Shown: one piece after another, positions 1 through 13,902 of the stretch
How the letters are laid out: the number at the start of each line of letters is the position of its first letter
How positions within the stretch are numbered: position 1 is the stretch's first letter
Program-made: the position numbers and the translations under genes
Notes under the pieces: generated by a model
The model's input: the letters and a program-made list of their open reading frames with translations, nothing else
Databases searched by the model: none
What the model was told of the DNA's origin: nothing
NCBI GenBank assembly: GCA_002189035.1
Contig: CM007989.1
Location: 2,046,001 to 2,110,000 of the forward strand
Direction: 5' to 3'
DNA length: 64,000 nt
From: Utricularia gibba
Lineage: Eukaryota; Plantae; Magnoliophyta

Positions 1-545
1 GGGTCAGTGCACAAAAGAGGTACGTTCGAGCAATGAGCAACTGGCTGGTGAAATGTCTCTTTTACGTTCCTGAGGAGACACCGGATGGAACAGTTCCATT
101 CTCTCCCAGGAGGGTCGGTGCACCCCCTATCGTCGTCGTATGTTTCCACTGGTGCCAGTCTTTGGAGAGTGTATCTGAGAAAGGCGTTGTTGCCTCGATG
201 CGCGATTTAGCATCCACCATTGTCCATCTCAGGGAACAGGACATGGCCGCGATGCGGCAGAAGTTTCTTGTGAACAGGGATGAGAGGAGACTCAAGCTTC
301 AGGACAGGGAAGCACAGAAGATAAAAAAAGATATGGTGGCTATTGAGAAAAGGCTCGCTGTGATCTCAGCGGACAGCAAGGGCGACATGTTGACTGGGCA
401 TGTGTATCAAAGTGAGACTAGTAAAAATGGCAGCCTGCAGACAAGTCTACAACACGTTCTTGAAGAGATGGAGAAATTTGCTGCTAACTCACTGGAAATA
501 TACGAGGAGCTGCAACAACAAATTCAAGAGGATCATCAGAAATAA
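1..545 (+). CDS. Last exon (5'-truncated by the window) of a DUF630/DUF632 (NRG2/APSR1-like) protein
   Basis: Frame is open from position 3: VSAQKRYVRAMSNWLVKCLFYVPEETPDGTVPFSPRRVGAPP...SEKGVVASMRDLA...GHVYQSETS...SLQHVLEEMEKF. This matches the DUF632 C-terminal motif pattern. The ORF-track Met at 33 is internal. Confidence 0.85.
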   Translation, partial: VSAQKRYVRAMSNWLVKCLFYVPEETPDGTVPFSPRRVGAPPIVVVCFHWCQSLESVSEKGVVASMRDLASTIVHLREQDMAAMRQKFLVNRDERRLKLQDREAQKIKKDMVAIEKRLAVISADSKGDMLTGHVYQSETSKNGSLQTSLQHVLEEMEKFAANSLEIYEELQQQIQEDHQK

Positions 546-1039
546 GGGCAGATGAACAGCACGCAAACTCATCCATCCATTCATCATTTATGCATTTCGA
601 GTCAAGATACTCAGAGGGGGTTCATGCACCCGACCCCAATAGGCTTCAACGGTCCTTCGCTTATGGATGAAGAAGCTGGAGAAAGCACTAGGGAATGCAT
701 CTTGTGGCGGATGGCTGTGAGGAGCCAGTGGCAATGCATCATCGGAGGCAAACAAAGTGTTGGTCATGGTAAACTAGCCATGAAGGTCATGTAGTCATGT
801 CACCATGGGAGGTACAAATCGACATTGTTTTCGTCGGTTGGTCGCCAATTTATGTAACAATGAATAATAAACCTGGAAATTGTTGATGGCATTTGGGATG
901 GAAAAGCAATGGGCTGCCAGAACACGTAGCATAGTGAAAACATATCAAAGCCATAGCATGGTCACATGCTCAGTCATATTTAGCAACGATATGAATAAAC
1001 ATACACGATTGCGGCAGACTCCTGGCAGAAACAGTTTGC

Positions 1040-2196
1040 TCACGGCTTATCAGCGATCTGCATATGCAAGAATTTGGGCACGATAAAGGTCATGAATGTC
1101 TTCGAGAACTCCAAAAAAGAAAAGCATAGTATGCGAAGGATGAAGAAACATGGAAGTGTAGGTGCCTACAAAAGGGATGATGCCTCGAGGATACTGCAAA
1201 TGTAAGTAAAAGAAAAAGAAAACCTTGCAACAATGGATTTCGATGCGACCAAATAGGGAACACGATGAAAAGATGGGAGTTTGTGATAACGAGGCAGGAT
1301 GGGTTCAAGACAATGACCATGCATCTTAGACGCATTAGCAGATCATACAACATTACCCAAGAGGTGGTCAATGCACAATTTGCAGCAGCACAGCAAGCAG
1401 ACTATAACCAAGCATCCAAAAAGTGCTCTAATTCACCTGATTGAGAGGGTTGTCAGGGGATTTCTTCCAGAGTTTCCAAATCATATCCTTATACTGTGTA
1501 TGTGTTAGGCCGGGCTTCTCTTCCTTTATCTTTGGAAGCTCAGCTTCTTCAAAAGCCTACGCCAATTAAGAATGTTGATTGAAATTACTCCCAAATGTAG
1601 TAGTTTCTGGGAGGGTAAAAAACTAAGCCAGCGCGTACCTTGAACGCAGCTTTGAGTCGCTTTTCTGGGTGCTTATCCACGGGCAGGATATCGGCCACAG
1701 TAAGACGTGCAATTGCTTCATCCACCGTGCGGGCTTCAATTATAGTATCATCACGATTCGTGTTCACCATAGTCACCATCCTCTCGTACTCTTCCTCGTC
1801 TGATATCCTGCTCTGCTTCTTCTTCTCCTCTTCCGACTGCCGTTGAAGCGCCAATCGCTCTTCCTCTCTCCGTCTACGGAGCTCAACCTCTGTGACCTTG
1901 GGGACGGGCACTGAAACCCGACTCGCCTTTTTATCCGGCTTCTTCAAGCTTTTCTCGATATCTTTCTCCTCTTGCTCGGCCAACCGGCGTGCTTCAGCTT
2001 TCTTGGCGGCGGCCTCCGCTCTCTTCTCTGCTTCCTCCTCACGTTTCTTCGCAGATTTCGATTTCTCTCCCTCGGCCTCACGCCAGTACTGATCTTCCTT
2101 ATCCTTGGCTTCACGATCCTTGCGCTCCGTCTCCGTGGCGGTTTTCCGAGCCCTAGCCGCTTCGGCTTTGCTATTCACTCCCATTTTCTTCGGCAT
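1040..2196 (-). CDS. CCDC124: Coiled-coil domain-containing protein 124 (Lso2/CCDC124-like ribosome-binding protein)
   Basis: Begins MPKKMGVNSKAEAARARK and contains VNTNRDD..IEARTVDEAIA and DKHPEKRLKAAFK. Exons: 2196-1639, 1556-1437 (AFEEAELPKIKEEKPGLTHTQYKDMIWKLWKKSPDNPLNQ) and a probable 1057-1040 (IADKP*), all GT-AG. Confidence 0.9.
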
Positions 2197-2391
2197 CTTC
2201 ACCGCTTAACTACTCACCGATTTCCTCCTGAATCACGAAATCTATCAAATTCAACGCAAATCACACCCGCTGAGCCTGTCCATTCGTGCAAAATACCGAT
2301 TTTCTTACCTTGCGATACACGGATGACATTCAAGAAGATCCTCGTCATGCTGTGCTGGGGTCAAAGGCATCCATTAATAGGCCGCCGCCTT

Positions 2392-2428
2392 TGGGCTTCA
2401 TATATCCAAAAAGGCCCAAAACAGCCCA
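2392..2428. promoter_or_regulatory. Site II (TGGGCY) cluster upstream of the CCDC124-like gene
   Basis: TGGGCT at 2392, GGCCCA at 2413 and AGCCCA at 2423, about 200 bp upstream of the ATG. Typical of translation-related plant promoters. Confidence 0.55.
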
Positions 2429-3772
2429 CACTCTTCTGTTGCACTATGAGCATCAAATGTGCTTCATATATAATGTTACTCACATAGACACAATTGGAGT
2501 AGGAGAAAAAGTACTTCACATAGAAGGTACAATGTTTTAAATTATCAAAAAACACTGATTCTTTTAGCACAAAAAGTTCATAATTGGAACAGTTCAATCG
2601 CAATAACTGAACCGTTCGTTTTTTTTAAAACAAATCATTTAAATATTTTTATAAACAATAATAAAATAATCAATTCAAAAATAAAATATTAAATTATGTC
2701 CCAGTCATAATTGAACTATGATTAAATCGTGATTCATTTTTTCTATTTTAAAAGAATTCGAATTTAAGGTAACCTCAATAACGATTCAAAATAATACTAT
2801 AAATTATATTTTATATATTTAAATAAATGAAATCATAAGTGTTTTTTTAAAAAAATCATGTTAAAGTGTTTTTAGAATTGGTAATTATTAATACCAAGTC
2901 TAATCCCTCTAATTAAATAATATATAGAAACTAATCTTGTTATATTACATTTATTTAAACTTAAGTAAATTAAATCTTCTTTATCCTATTCACAAAACAA
3001 TCAGTAAGATCATACCTATCTCCTCTCTATCAATGTTGATGTCAATCCAACCTCATCATTCAGTGTTGGTCACAATTGATGATATCATATGATATGTTCT
3101 TATCCCTGCTTCTATCAGACATACTCACAACCCACCCAACATCCCACCTACACCATTTTTTCCTACTTGGTAGGATTGTCACACAATTTCTATGTTGAAA
3201 TATAGTAAAATTGATTGTATTTTGTTATAATTATTTATATTTTATTAATTAATCAATCATCTTAGTCTAAGTTCCAAAAATAGAAACCTACAAAACCAAT
3301 AGATTATACTCTAATGCAAAAGGGGGAAAAAACATTACCATAAATAGTAGATATTCCAACGCAAATAAAATATTATTTAATAATTGAAAAGAAAAAAAGT
3401 AGCAAGATGGCCCCTGAGCACCTCGGAGAGCCGTCCTCACGTGGCCTACTTGCCGTCTCAGGGTTGTCTTGGACCTTATAAAATATCTTGAGTATATCCT
3501 AAAGAAGATTTTTTTTTTTATATCAAGATATGGTTAGTTGAGCTTCCATTTATATTTAAAAATAAGAATTTAAAAAATGATTTGAATATTTTTTTCAGTT
3601 TAATGATATTTTTTATAGTAGGTTGAAATTGTTTAATAATTTTTTAATTATATAAAAATGATTTGTATTGTTTTATTTAATTGATTCATATAAATACATG
3701 CGCACCGATGGAGGCAGCATAAGTTGGCTGACTGTGTACCCGCCGCAATTTCTTTATCTGCTGCTCGCTTGA

Positions 3773-6700
3773 ATGGGGATGGGTGTTGAAGATGAAGATG
3801 CTTCGCGAAGTCCGCCCGTTGTCGGATCCGGATCTACGGGGTCTCCAAGGCGCTGCCGGAAGAAACTGGAGGTTTACAATGTGATTCTGCGCCGTCTCCA
3901 GGAAGTTCATCATCCGGAGGCGCAAGACCCCTCTTTCGCTCGTGACTTGTGGAATCATTTTAATCGCCTTCCTTCCAGGTTTTTAGTCTTCACAGGAACT
4001 TGTATTCGACTTTATAAGTTTTTGATTAATCGAAGCGTTCTGTGTTTTCGTTGTATGTGTGTGTGTGGATATTGTTGATCGTATCCATCCATTGTTTAGC
4101 TTGAACTTGTGAAGGTATGCCATGGATGTAAATGTGGAGAGGCCAGAGGATGTTCTCTTGCACAAGCGCTTGCTGCATCTGGCTCGTGATCCTTCCAACA
4201 GACCTATCTTCGATGTCCGGCTTGTGCAGGTCATTTGAGTTCCCATCTTTTTTGTCTTCTGTTGGGTTTGATTTGTTTTGAGCGAGTTGGTATCGAAAAA
4301 TGATTCATTTCCAGCTTCTACCTGCCATTGATGAAAAGTCGGGGTGTCCAGTTCGGCCATTATCAACAAGGAAGGGAAGGTACATATAATTGCTTGATTG
4401 ATGGCACGGCGTATGTTCCAATTATCGTGTCCTTCATTTCTTTTTTGGTTTCTTTTTAACTTATTGTAATTTTCATTGTTCTTCATTTTCTCAATGCAGC
4501 ATTCATCCTCCACCTGCCTTTGGCTCTTCTCAAAATCTTGAAGCTCTCGCAGTCGAAGCAGCAAAGTGTCAAATCAACGGTTCAGAAAACTCTGCAGATT
4601 CTCATGCTAATTTTTCGAGGTATACGTTTTTTGCTCAACTTCTTAATGTGATAGCTGCAGGATCTGCCCATCAGTGAACTTCGATACACAAAATTAGAGA
4701 ACCCTGGCCTACTTGTTTAGATTTGGTCTGTTTCTTTTTTGTTTTTTTGGCTGCTGTTCATTATTAGCCGAGGAAAAAGATGTATGTCTCAATACTGTTC
4801 CGTTTTTTACGGTTAATTTTTTTTATATAAACTTTCATTCTTTTCAATTTCTAAATGTTGAAGTATAAAGAATGTGAGTTTAAATGTTTCCATAACAATT
4901 ATACAGGCCAACACATGAGATCACCTTTTTGACAGAAAATAAGCCAAAGATGCTCAGTCTGGTAATTCGTGCACTCATTAACTTTAATTAACTTTATACT
5001 ATTAGTACGTGAACATGCTTTCAACTTGTCAACATTGAAGGTGACTTCTATATTTTCCGAAGTTGGTCTTGATATCCAGGAAGCACATGCCTTTAACACT
5101 GTAGATGGCTATTCATTGGATATCTTTGTTGTCCATGGATGGCCTTCTGAGGTAACTTCGCCTTCTTCTCTTATGCATCATCCTTTTGAAATAATGTTAG
5201 ATCACACGAGCCATATCTTAGAAATTGGTGATTTTAACATGTTTAGTTTTGTTGTCACTTTCCCTGGAACTGGTTGCACTTTTTCAGCCTATTGCTATTT
5301 CCAGTATCATTATTCCAATGTCATGGTGATCTGGTTTTTGTTTGCCTGTTTTTGTCGTGGCAAGAGTGCCTTTCTAATTACTCTACTGTTAGGAGGTCGA
5401 GGAACTACGGAATGCTCTGCAAATAGAAGTTTTGAAACTTAAGGTATTTACTTTAGTCATGCTTACTTAAATAGAGAACTCTTTTGGTATATGGCTGCTT
5501 AGTTTCAAAGAATTTTCGTATCTATCTAATGCAGGAAAACTCTGGGGAAAGCCATCTTTCATGGAAATGTGATACTCAAGAAGAGAAGATTTGTGAATCT
5601 GTTCTTCAGAATGCACCGCATAATAGCATGGATGACTGGGAAATTGATCCCCGTTTTCTGGAATTTGGGCCAAAAGTAGCTTCCGGATCCTATGGCGACT
5701 TGTAAGTGCAAGCAGTTGTGCATTCCAAATACCCAGGCTTTCAAGGATCCCTTAATGACATTTTCTTATCCAGATACAAAGGAATTTATCATGGTCAAGA
5801 TGTGGCAATCAAAATTCTTAAGACAGAGCGTTTGAAAGATGAACTGCAGAAGGAGTTTTTGCAAGAAGTTTCCATAATGAGGTGTGTGGTCTGGACTTAC
5901 TGTTGCATTGTTGAAGTTCCATGAAAGGGAAACTCCACATGTAACGTGAAGCATTCATATTGATCAAATTGTGGCAGTGATGTTTGCAGACATCATTTAC
6001 AATTGGTTTTGATGCCCGAAACTTTTTCTAATTTCCTTTTTAATATCTTGCGTGGAAACATTTTGAAGCTTCTAATAAAATTAAACTACCCGTTTTTTTT
6101 AATGATTCTTATTTTTTAAATACAGAAAAGTTTGTCACAAGAATGTTGTGCAGTTCATAGGCGCTTGCACCAGACCGTCTAACTTGTGCATAGTGACAGG
6201 TATGTATGTGGATATGTAATGGAAAAAGTATTTTTAGAGGAATGGGTTTGAAAAATAACCTTTCTTAGCCTTATGCCGCTTTAAAAAAATAGTTTCTCAA
6301 TGAATCTCTGTATTTTGACCTCAGAATTCATGTTTGGAGGTAGTGTTTACGACTTCCTACACAAGAGGAGGGGCACTTTTAAGCATCCCGCGTTAATAAA
6401 AGTGGCAATTGATGTCTCAAGGGGAATGAATTACCTGCATCAGAATAATATTATTCACAGGGACTTGAAAGCTGCAAATTTGCTGATGGATGAAAATGAT
6501 GTATGTAATCAGAACTCTCATACTTGAAGTTAACCCATGTAAATTACTACCTTGGATTTGGTTGGTTTCTGCTTTCTACATTTTTAGTTAGGTAGCTCAT
6601 AAGTTGACTCACTGTTATGCTATTTTTTTGGTTGCTTTTAAAGTTTAATGGAGCTCATAATTTGTTTATTTTTTCCAGGTTGTCAAGGTCGCTGATTTTG

Positions 6701-7712
6701 GCGTGGCAAGAGTCAAAGCACAAACTGGTGTAATGACCGCTGAAACCGGAACATACCGGTGGATGGCACCTGAGGTATGCATTACCACCATATTTGGAAA
6801 TGCATTGCAAGGCGAATGATAAAGCTATAATATGTATAACTGGCTACAGGGGTTTAACATGAGCCCTCTTACTACTTCATTTTGTCTGCTTCGTTGGATT
6901 ATCATGACATTCATTAACTTGCATGGTTTTCCTGAAGGTTATTCAACACAAACCTTATGATCATAAAGTAGATGTCTTCAGTTTTGGCATGGTTCTCTGG
7001 GAATTGCTGACTGGAAAGGTTCTTCTTCTTGTCCTTATAATTCGCTGAATTACTGAAGCATTCTTGGAGTCATCTTCAGCTGGTCGTCTTTTTCATGGAT
7101 GCAGGTTCCTTATGAGTACTTGACCCCTGTACAAGCAGCCGTGGGAGTAGTTCAAAAGGTATCAAACTCTCGTCATGCGGCTGGTTTTTGTTTCATCACT
7201 CTCAACTTTGTTTCGTTTTTCCTAGCTTTTGATTTGTCTCAAACCAAGGGACATTATAACCGGACATTCACAAACATACAGGGATTGCGACCCTCTATTC
7301 CAAAGCACACTCATCCAAAACTGGCTGATCTAATTCAGAGGTGTTGGCAGCAAGATCCTGCTTTGAGACCCGATTTTTCTGAGATATTACAAATACTCCA
7401 AAACATCTCCGATGAGGTATGTTCCTTTCTCTTATTCTTCATTATCGGTATTTGCAAAAAGCGCCTGCATTCACTCAGGCTCATAGGAGCTCAAACCAAA
7501 GACACCCTTGGAATATTCATTTGAACCATACCTGCTAACTGATCTACAAAGAATAAACATGCCTTTTTTTCTTGGAAGCGCAGCTTGTCATGGTTTCTGG
7601 GTTTGATCAGATCGCATTTGTGCATACTGAGCAGGTTGCGAATGATGTAAATGATACTCGAAGCGACGGGCCATTTGGATTCCTTACCGCTCTACTGCGC
7701 CATAATCACTGA
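3773..7712 (+). CDS. STY46: ACT-domain Raf-like Ser/Thr/Tyr protein kinase (STY8/17/46 family)
   Basis: 16 in-frame exons: 3773-3978, 4115-4229, 4315-4379, 4500-4619, 4907-4961, 5041-5151, 5393-5443, 5535-5701, 5775-5881, 6126-6199, 6326-6500, 6679-6774, 6938-7018, 7105-7158, 7282-7416, 7636-7712. Motifs: [16 protein letters not shown] ([21 protein letters not shown]), [28 protein letters not shown]. Confidence 0.93.
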
Positions 7713-8280
7713 AGCATGAAACCAGCAGTGAGTGTGTTTTGTGTTGACCAGACTGTACAGGTATACCTTATACACCACATACAACATTCTCTGCTACATT
7801 TCCTTGGTCTGTATATTTGAATTGCACGTACGAGCTCTGCTCGTCGTGCTGTATGTACCTTAGTAGCATATACAAGTTCTCCAGTTGGGCCGTGGACAAG
7901 ATCAAAGGACTTTGCAACCGTCACATGGCCTACAAGCCTACAACAATATATTTTTAATTTTTGAATAACTTCATAATTAAATTTTAAATTTTATAAATTC
8001 ATACATACCTGAGCCTGTTTTGTAATTATAATTTAACTTATCAAATTTTATCATATAATTCATCTTATCCAACTAAACAATTAAAAATTAATAATCTTAA
8101 AATTACCTTTATTTTACATAAATTTGATGCACAAGAGAACAAACCCGCTGTATCTCATAAATCGATACACACAATTCCCCCGTAGTTGTCTAACTCATCC
8201 CACACCACATTCCACAACCAACTGATCCAATGGTCATGTTAAAAATAAGCCAGGGGGGAAATGACATTGCGAAGATGTCC

Positions 8281-8315
8281 CTCTCTCTCTCTCTCTCTGC
8301 TGCTGCTGCTGCTGC
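8281..8315. repeat. Compound microsatellite (CT)9-(CTG)6
   Basis: Read directly; lies just beyond the stop codon of the minus-strand DUF632 gene. Confidence 0.9.
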
Positions 8316-8358
8316 AAATAGCCTAATCTGGTCTGCTAGCTAAGCACGCTCCTTGGAA

Positions 8359-10757
8359 TTATTTACTTGATTCCCTTGCGTTCTGATCATCATGCTTTGA
8401 TTCTGTACACCTCTGCTGCTTACTGCCATCACCACCTTGTGTGCTGCTGCAGAGCCCTTCATACATCTTCAGAGAAGACTTGGAAAATTCTAGCATTGCT
8501 TCAAACACCCTTGAGAACCCTGTCTGGAGACCGTTTAAAGTGATCCTCTCTGTTTCCCGCATACACTTGAGGTGTTTATCCTTCTCAAGATCGAGTCTTG
8601 TTCTCATCTTCTGGACCATGTCTTCTCGTAGTGGTTCTGAGGCCATTTCTGGCTGTTCTGTTGCTCCACTTCCATCTGTCAACAGAAACTGGACATCCTT
8701 ACTGGTAGATTTTTGGAAAGTCAGCATCTTTCTCTGGAGTTCCTTTGACAAAGAATCTACTCTCCTCTTCTGCTGTTGCTCCACTCCTTGCTGGAACCAC
8801 AAAGCTCTAACATCCTTGGCACAGCTCTTGATCGAAGATGAAGCTGAGATGGTAGGCAGGTTGTTGATGAGATCTATCCAGTCGTGGCACAGCTCGAGAA
8901 GCCGTGGACCGATGGCCTGTTTCACAGTCCTTCCTCGTGGTTGAATTTCGACTTCTGGAGCAACGAATTTGGATAACCATGCATAAAGGGAAGCAGCATA
9001 CTCCCTTTCAGCTGAAACATACTCCATGAAACATGAACGCCAATTCAAAAGTTCTGTTTCAAGCTGCAGGGTGGCTAGCCGATGAGATTCATTGCAGAAC
9101 TTCCCATAAGATGGGCATGCAAATGTCATAACTTCAAATATAATCTTGTTCTGAATTTCATGCGATTCCAGCATAATTTTCCATGTTTTCATCATGCTGC
9201 AGTTAAAACACAGGGAGTGTTAACTACCTCTTCCACTTTCTCAATGCAGAAGTTTGTGATCTTACCCTTGAAGCAACTCCCTTATCTGAGGTTCCAGTTC
9301 TTCATCGATCAGCTTCTCAATTCTGCTTGAAATTGTTTCAGCACTGCGAATCGCCACAAGGATCCTGCTATACAAGTCTTTAACTGATGCTCTAGTTTTG
9401 TCGACTGATAGCCCTTCATCTCCTTTAACAACCTGATTTCTAAGCTGATTACACTTCTTCTCGTAAATCCTTCTAATGCAATCACCCTCCTGGATAAAGA
9501 AAACCAATGAATGACAGCAATCAGTTTCATCTCAGTGAAGGGCTTTATACGTCCTACAAAACCATTACCCTGACTTCTTCAAGGAGCTTCTTTTCCCAGG
9601 CATAAAGTCTCCCTAATGTGGATGAAAGGCTACCAGAATTCATTCCACCCCAATCATCAAAAAGATCGTTGCTGAACTCTGTCCACGTTGAGGATCTTCT
9701 AGAACCAGAAGCGATTAAGCTCTTGGATGATGATGAGCGTGAAGAGGGCGTTCTCCAAGCGATGGTCTGCATCAGTTTAGTCGAGGTTTCTGCAACCAGA
9801 AGATTGTTTCTTGTTAATGTAGAAACCCCATAAAAAAGGGATGAAGGACAAACAGGAGCAGAAATAATCACCTTTGATTTCGTCTAGATTTGACATTAAG
9901 TGAAACCTGTTGCACTCTAACATCCTTGAAACCTCTTTCCCAGAATCATAAGCCCTGACAAAATGGTCTTCAATGTCCTTCAACGCCTCAAGCAATTCTC
10001 TACCTTTAACAGGGGTGTCAATAACAGCAAGTCCCTTTGGCAGAATCTCCCCTTGGTTCATCTTAGAAACATCTACCGCATTTCCAGCTTCAGATCCATG
10101 TTCCTTGAGCTTCTCTGTTTTCAACGACTCCTGCTCCACAACAGTCTCTATATTTTGCTCTACACACTCACCGAGCTCGTCTTCAAGCTCTGGGATTCCC
10201 TCTTGCTCTCTAACAGCCCTCAAATCCTCCTCGGAGATCCTGTTGAAGGCACTTAAGGATTCCAGTCTAGCAGCATTGTCAAAAGGGTTGAAGAAATCCC
10301 AACCAAAGTTCCTCTGAGGAGACACTGGGGCAGCATACGGCATGTCCCTGTAGAAATACCCACATTCCCTTTCTTCTTCAGGCTCAATTCTCTCGTCAGA
10401 GTCCTCCGCAGACGATACTATTGAAGTGGCAGAAGAAATGCAGGGAATGGTTTCATTTGTGGGCTTTGAAGGAGTCTGTTGAAGAAACAATGGATTTGAT
10501 ACCACACTGTTGTTTTCTTTGTGGGGTGAGGATGGGGAACGAGGAGGAAACGTGATGTAAAATGGAGTAGGGGGTGAAGAATGGCGAGCAACGAAGAGAC
10601 TGAGAGCAGCGGAAACTCCAAACAAGGATTGGCAGTACCTGTAATGTGCATCTGCCAGAGCATATCTCCTCTCTACGGCTAACTTGAGTTGGTGCTTCCT
10701 TTCTCTACATATCGACACTACCTCCTCCTCTTCAAATCTCGAAGAAACACAACCCAT
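8359..10757 (-). CDS. DUF630/DUF632 protein (NRG2/APSR1/REL2-like)
   Basis: Begins MGCVSSRFEEEEVVSICRERKHQLKLAVERRYALADAH (DUF630) and contains WDFFNPF and STLGRLYAWEKKLLEEV. Exons 10757-9872, 9789-9569, 9489-9266 and 9196-8359 join in frame. Confidence 0.93.
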
Positions 10758-12240
10758 TTTCCCTTACGCTCTCTGAAGTGAAGGAAGGAGTATGAAGACA
10801 AAACCCCACCACGAAAAAGTGAAAACAAAGACCAGCGCAGGGCCTGAGCCGAGCTGGGGAATTGTCTCTTTGAAGAAGTGGTCTCAAGAACCAGAAAAGA
10901 CGTTTCTTTTCACGTATTTTTCCTTCTTGGTCATCTAAAGAAGCAGTAGCATTTTGGAGAAATGTTGGAGAAAATGAAGCATTCCTTCCGGCAGGCAGAA
11001 AGTCGACAACTTTGCAGTGAATCAAAAACACAGAAAGACGGATTCCCCCGGCACAGCAACAAAAGAATCCTTGGCTTCAGCCTTCAACTTGGGTGGTGGA
11101 GAATCCCGGTCCTATGAAAGGAAAAGAAGCGGAGAGTTCAAGAGGAACAACAGGACAAAGGGCAGGGGCTCGAGGTAGAAGAGATGATGGCATTTCTATG
11201 TCTTGGTAACGTGGAACAGTGCAACTCCATCTGTCGACTCCAGTGAAATCAATTGATTTCTCAGCCCCTTCCTTCTCTCTTTATTCATTGAGGAGAGATA
11301 AAAAAAAGGGAGGGAGAGGGATTCAGAATCAGCACCAGCTAAGACGACGCAGAGGGCTTTGCACAAACAGACAGAGGAGTTGCTGACTCTGCCCGCCAAA
11401 AGAGAAGTCAAATCTTGTGGTAATTCCTGAAAAGCAAAAGCCAAAACCATTTAAATGCCACCCATTAGTAAGTAAGTCATGAATTAATTGGCCCATATTT
11501 AAATTCTTTTTTTTTTAATTTCGTAATTACATTTTTTTATTAATATTTCATTTTGAAATCATATTACATAAAAAAAGGATTTATCAAGATTTTCAATAAT
11601 TTCAAATTTTTAAATAAAAAATTCAAATATCCAAAATTTGAGATGAACCGAAGTTTCCATTTTGAAATTCAAATGAAACACATGTCATGATATTTCACGA
11701 CAGAATTTATCAAAAATTATATTCGGAAAATCACAAAATAAAATATTGTAGAATAACATTTCCACAAAATGAAAATTTTTAAATAACTTGATCAACTTTA
11801 AAAAATGTTATAAATAATTATTTTCTCAAAATTTTATAATATTTAAGTTATTATTTTTTAATATCAATTAAGATTAATTCCCTAAAATATTATAAAAATA
11901 AAATTATTAAAGATGATTCAATTGACAGAAAGAACTCCAATAATTGGTTTATTACATGGACGTTGAGAGAACAAGGGACAGGTTGGTCCAGGAGCGGACA
12001 AGAACAACGCAAGGGCGTTCTTCTTTCTTTACGAGTGTGTGGCCGTATCTGGGGACTGGCTTCAGGTAGTAGACCCCCGGCTGAGTGTGTGAGAGACTGG
12101 GCGAGCGACGGAGCTCGCAATAAAGAAATGAATTTGGGGTGTGGCTGCCTGGTCCTATCGCTGTCTGTCTTATGCGAGCAGAGACCGGTATTCTCATAAA
12201 GGTAGCGTACAGCAGGCTGAGGAAGAGGAAGACGGTGGGG

Positions 12241-13835
12241 TCAATGGCTGGGTGCGCCTTTGATGGATACCTCGGGGCGTCGCGGTGTGCTGCTGGCCCG
12301 GCTCACCGGATGGGGGGGATCCAGGAACACGATCACCACCGTGATGTCATCGTGGAAATGACGGCGCACTCCTCTCTCGATCTTCTTCAGGTCTGAGTAC
12401 CTCACCTCCCTCTTCTTTGCGGCCTCCTGCAACGCTGCTTTCACCAGCTTCCTCGCGCTCCCCTGGAGGTTAACATTGCTGAGCTCACAAGATGAAAACT
12501 CAATAAAGCATGCTTGGGTCGGTATGGGGTAGGGGGGATCTTACATGGGGTGGGTGATTTTGAACCAGGGTAACTGCCTCCTGGTTGGAAAGGTGTTCCC
12601 ACAGGCCATCTGATGCAAATATGATGAACTCATCCTGAGGAAGCAAGCGGTGGACTACGATGGATGGATCGGAACTCAAAATTGGCCTTTTGATGGGCTC
12701 CCGAAGGCGAAACTTTTGAAGTAACGGTTCCCTGTTATACTCAGCCTTTTTCAGATACACGTCTCCAATTGACCTTGAGACCTGTAATACAGCAAGCTAG
12801 TTCTTGATTGCACAGACGAATGAAGAACACTAGAGAGTAAAGGAAATCAGTTGCATTTTATGCCAAAGGCGGGGCGATGACTAATCTCAAGCATCAATAT
12901 TGTGCAGGTCTCAGTTAAGATAAAAAACCTGAGTGTTGACCTCAGGGCAAAGAATAAAACGAACCTGTATTAGACCCTTTACTCGCCACACATTGTGCTT
13001 TCTAACAACAATCTGGGGGTCATCTGGATGTAGAGACTGCAATTCCTGTCTGACAGATTCGATACTCGCGTTGTGTTCCATGGAGAGTTGAATAGGAAGC
13101 ACCTCTCCAGTTGCCTTGACAAGCCTTCCCAAAACAGCACGGGAGTCACCAAGGTTGGCGACATAGAGGGTCTCACCACAAAAGACGCCTACAAGGCAAC
13201 AAGAGCCAACCGCTGAAATCTGTGGTTTCATCGGCCATTCTCTGCTCACTACAGACAGAAATTCATCTTCTGTGGCTTGAAATGCCTTGCGAATGACCTC
13301 AACAGACATGGATTGATTCTCTGCGGTGAAACCTGTTGAATCATAACACCAAGGATTCATTTTGCTAACAGAAAGATTAACATAAACTAGAATCTAGAGC
13401 AATGCATCATCTTGGTGTTGCTTTTAGTTTCAAGGATGGAATTTAATCAAGTATTTAACAGAAAAAAGAACTTAAAAAACATCCAAATATTCATAGAACA
13501 TATTCACGGTACTCACTCTTAAGATGATGAAAAAGATGATCATTGATGAACCTGGATGTCTCAGGTCCACCGTGTCCGTCATAAACACCAACAAAAGTTC
13601 CGTATGGTCCTGACTCATTAACGCTCAAACAACCAGACTCGAGCTGGCTTTGATCCTCCAGTAAATTATTTGCCTGAACAACTGCCATTGAAAACTCACC
13701 ATTAATGTGATGGCCCAAGTCCTTATACCAAAGTAGACCATCTTGGCGACCACCGAGATCTGAGCCTGAGTGCACGGACCGATCTCCATTAGGCTGAAAA
13801 CAGGACCCCAAAAAGTTCATCAACCCTGATAACAT
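12241..13835 (-). CDS. Protein phosphatase 2C, clade D
   Basis: Motifs [59 protein letters not shown] and HFHDDITV. Exons 13835-13517, 13332-12965, 12781-12545 and 12462-12241 are in frame. Confidence 0.95.
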
Positions 13836-13902
13836 CCCTCATCTCCTCGGAAACAGCCCTCCAAATTATAACAAGTTCCAGAAGCGCAAACAGAACTCAG
13901 TT

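Noticed and set aside
3698-3772. 24-aa ORF ending in TGA immediately before the STY46 ATG
   Set aside because: Its ATG directly follows a TATAAATA box (3689-3696), so it probably lies upstream of the transcription start.
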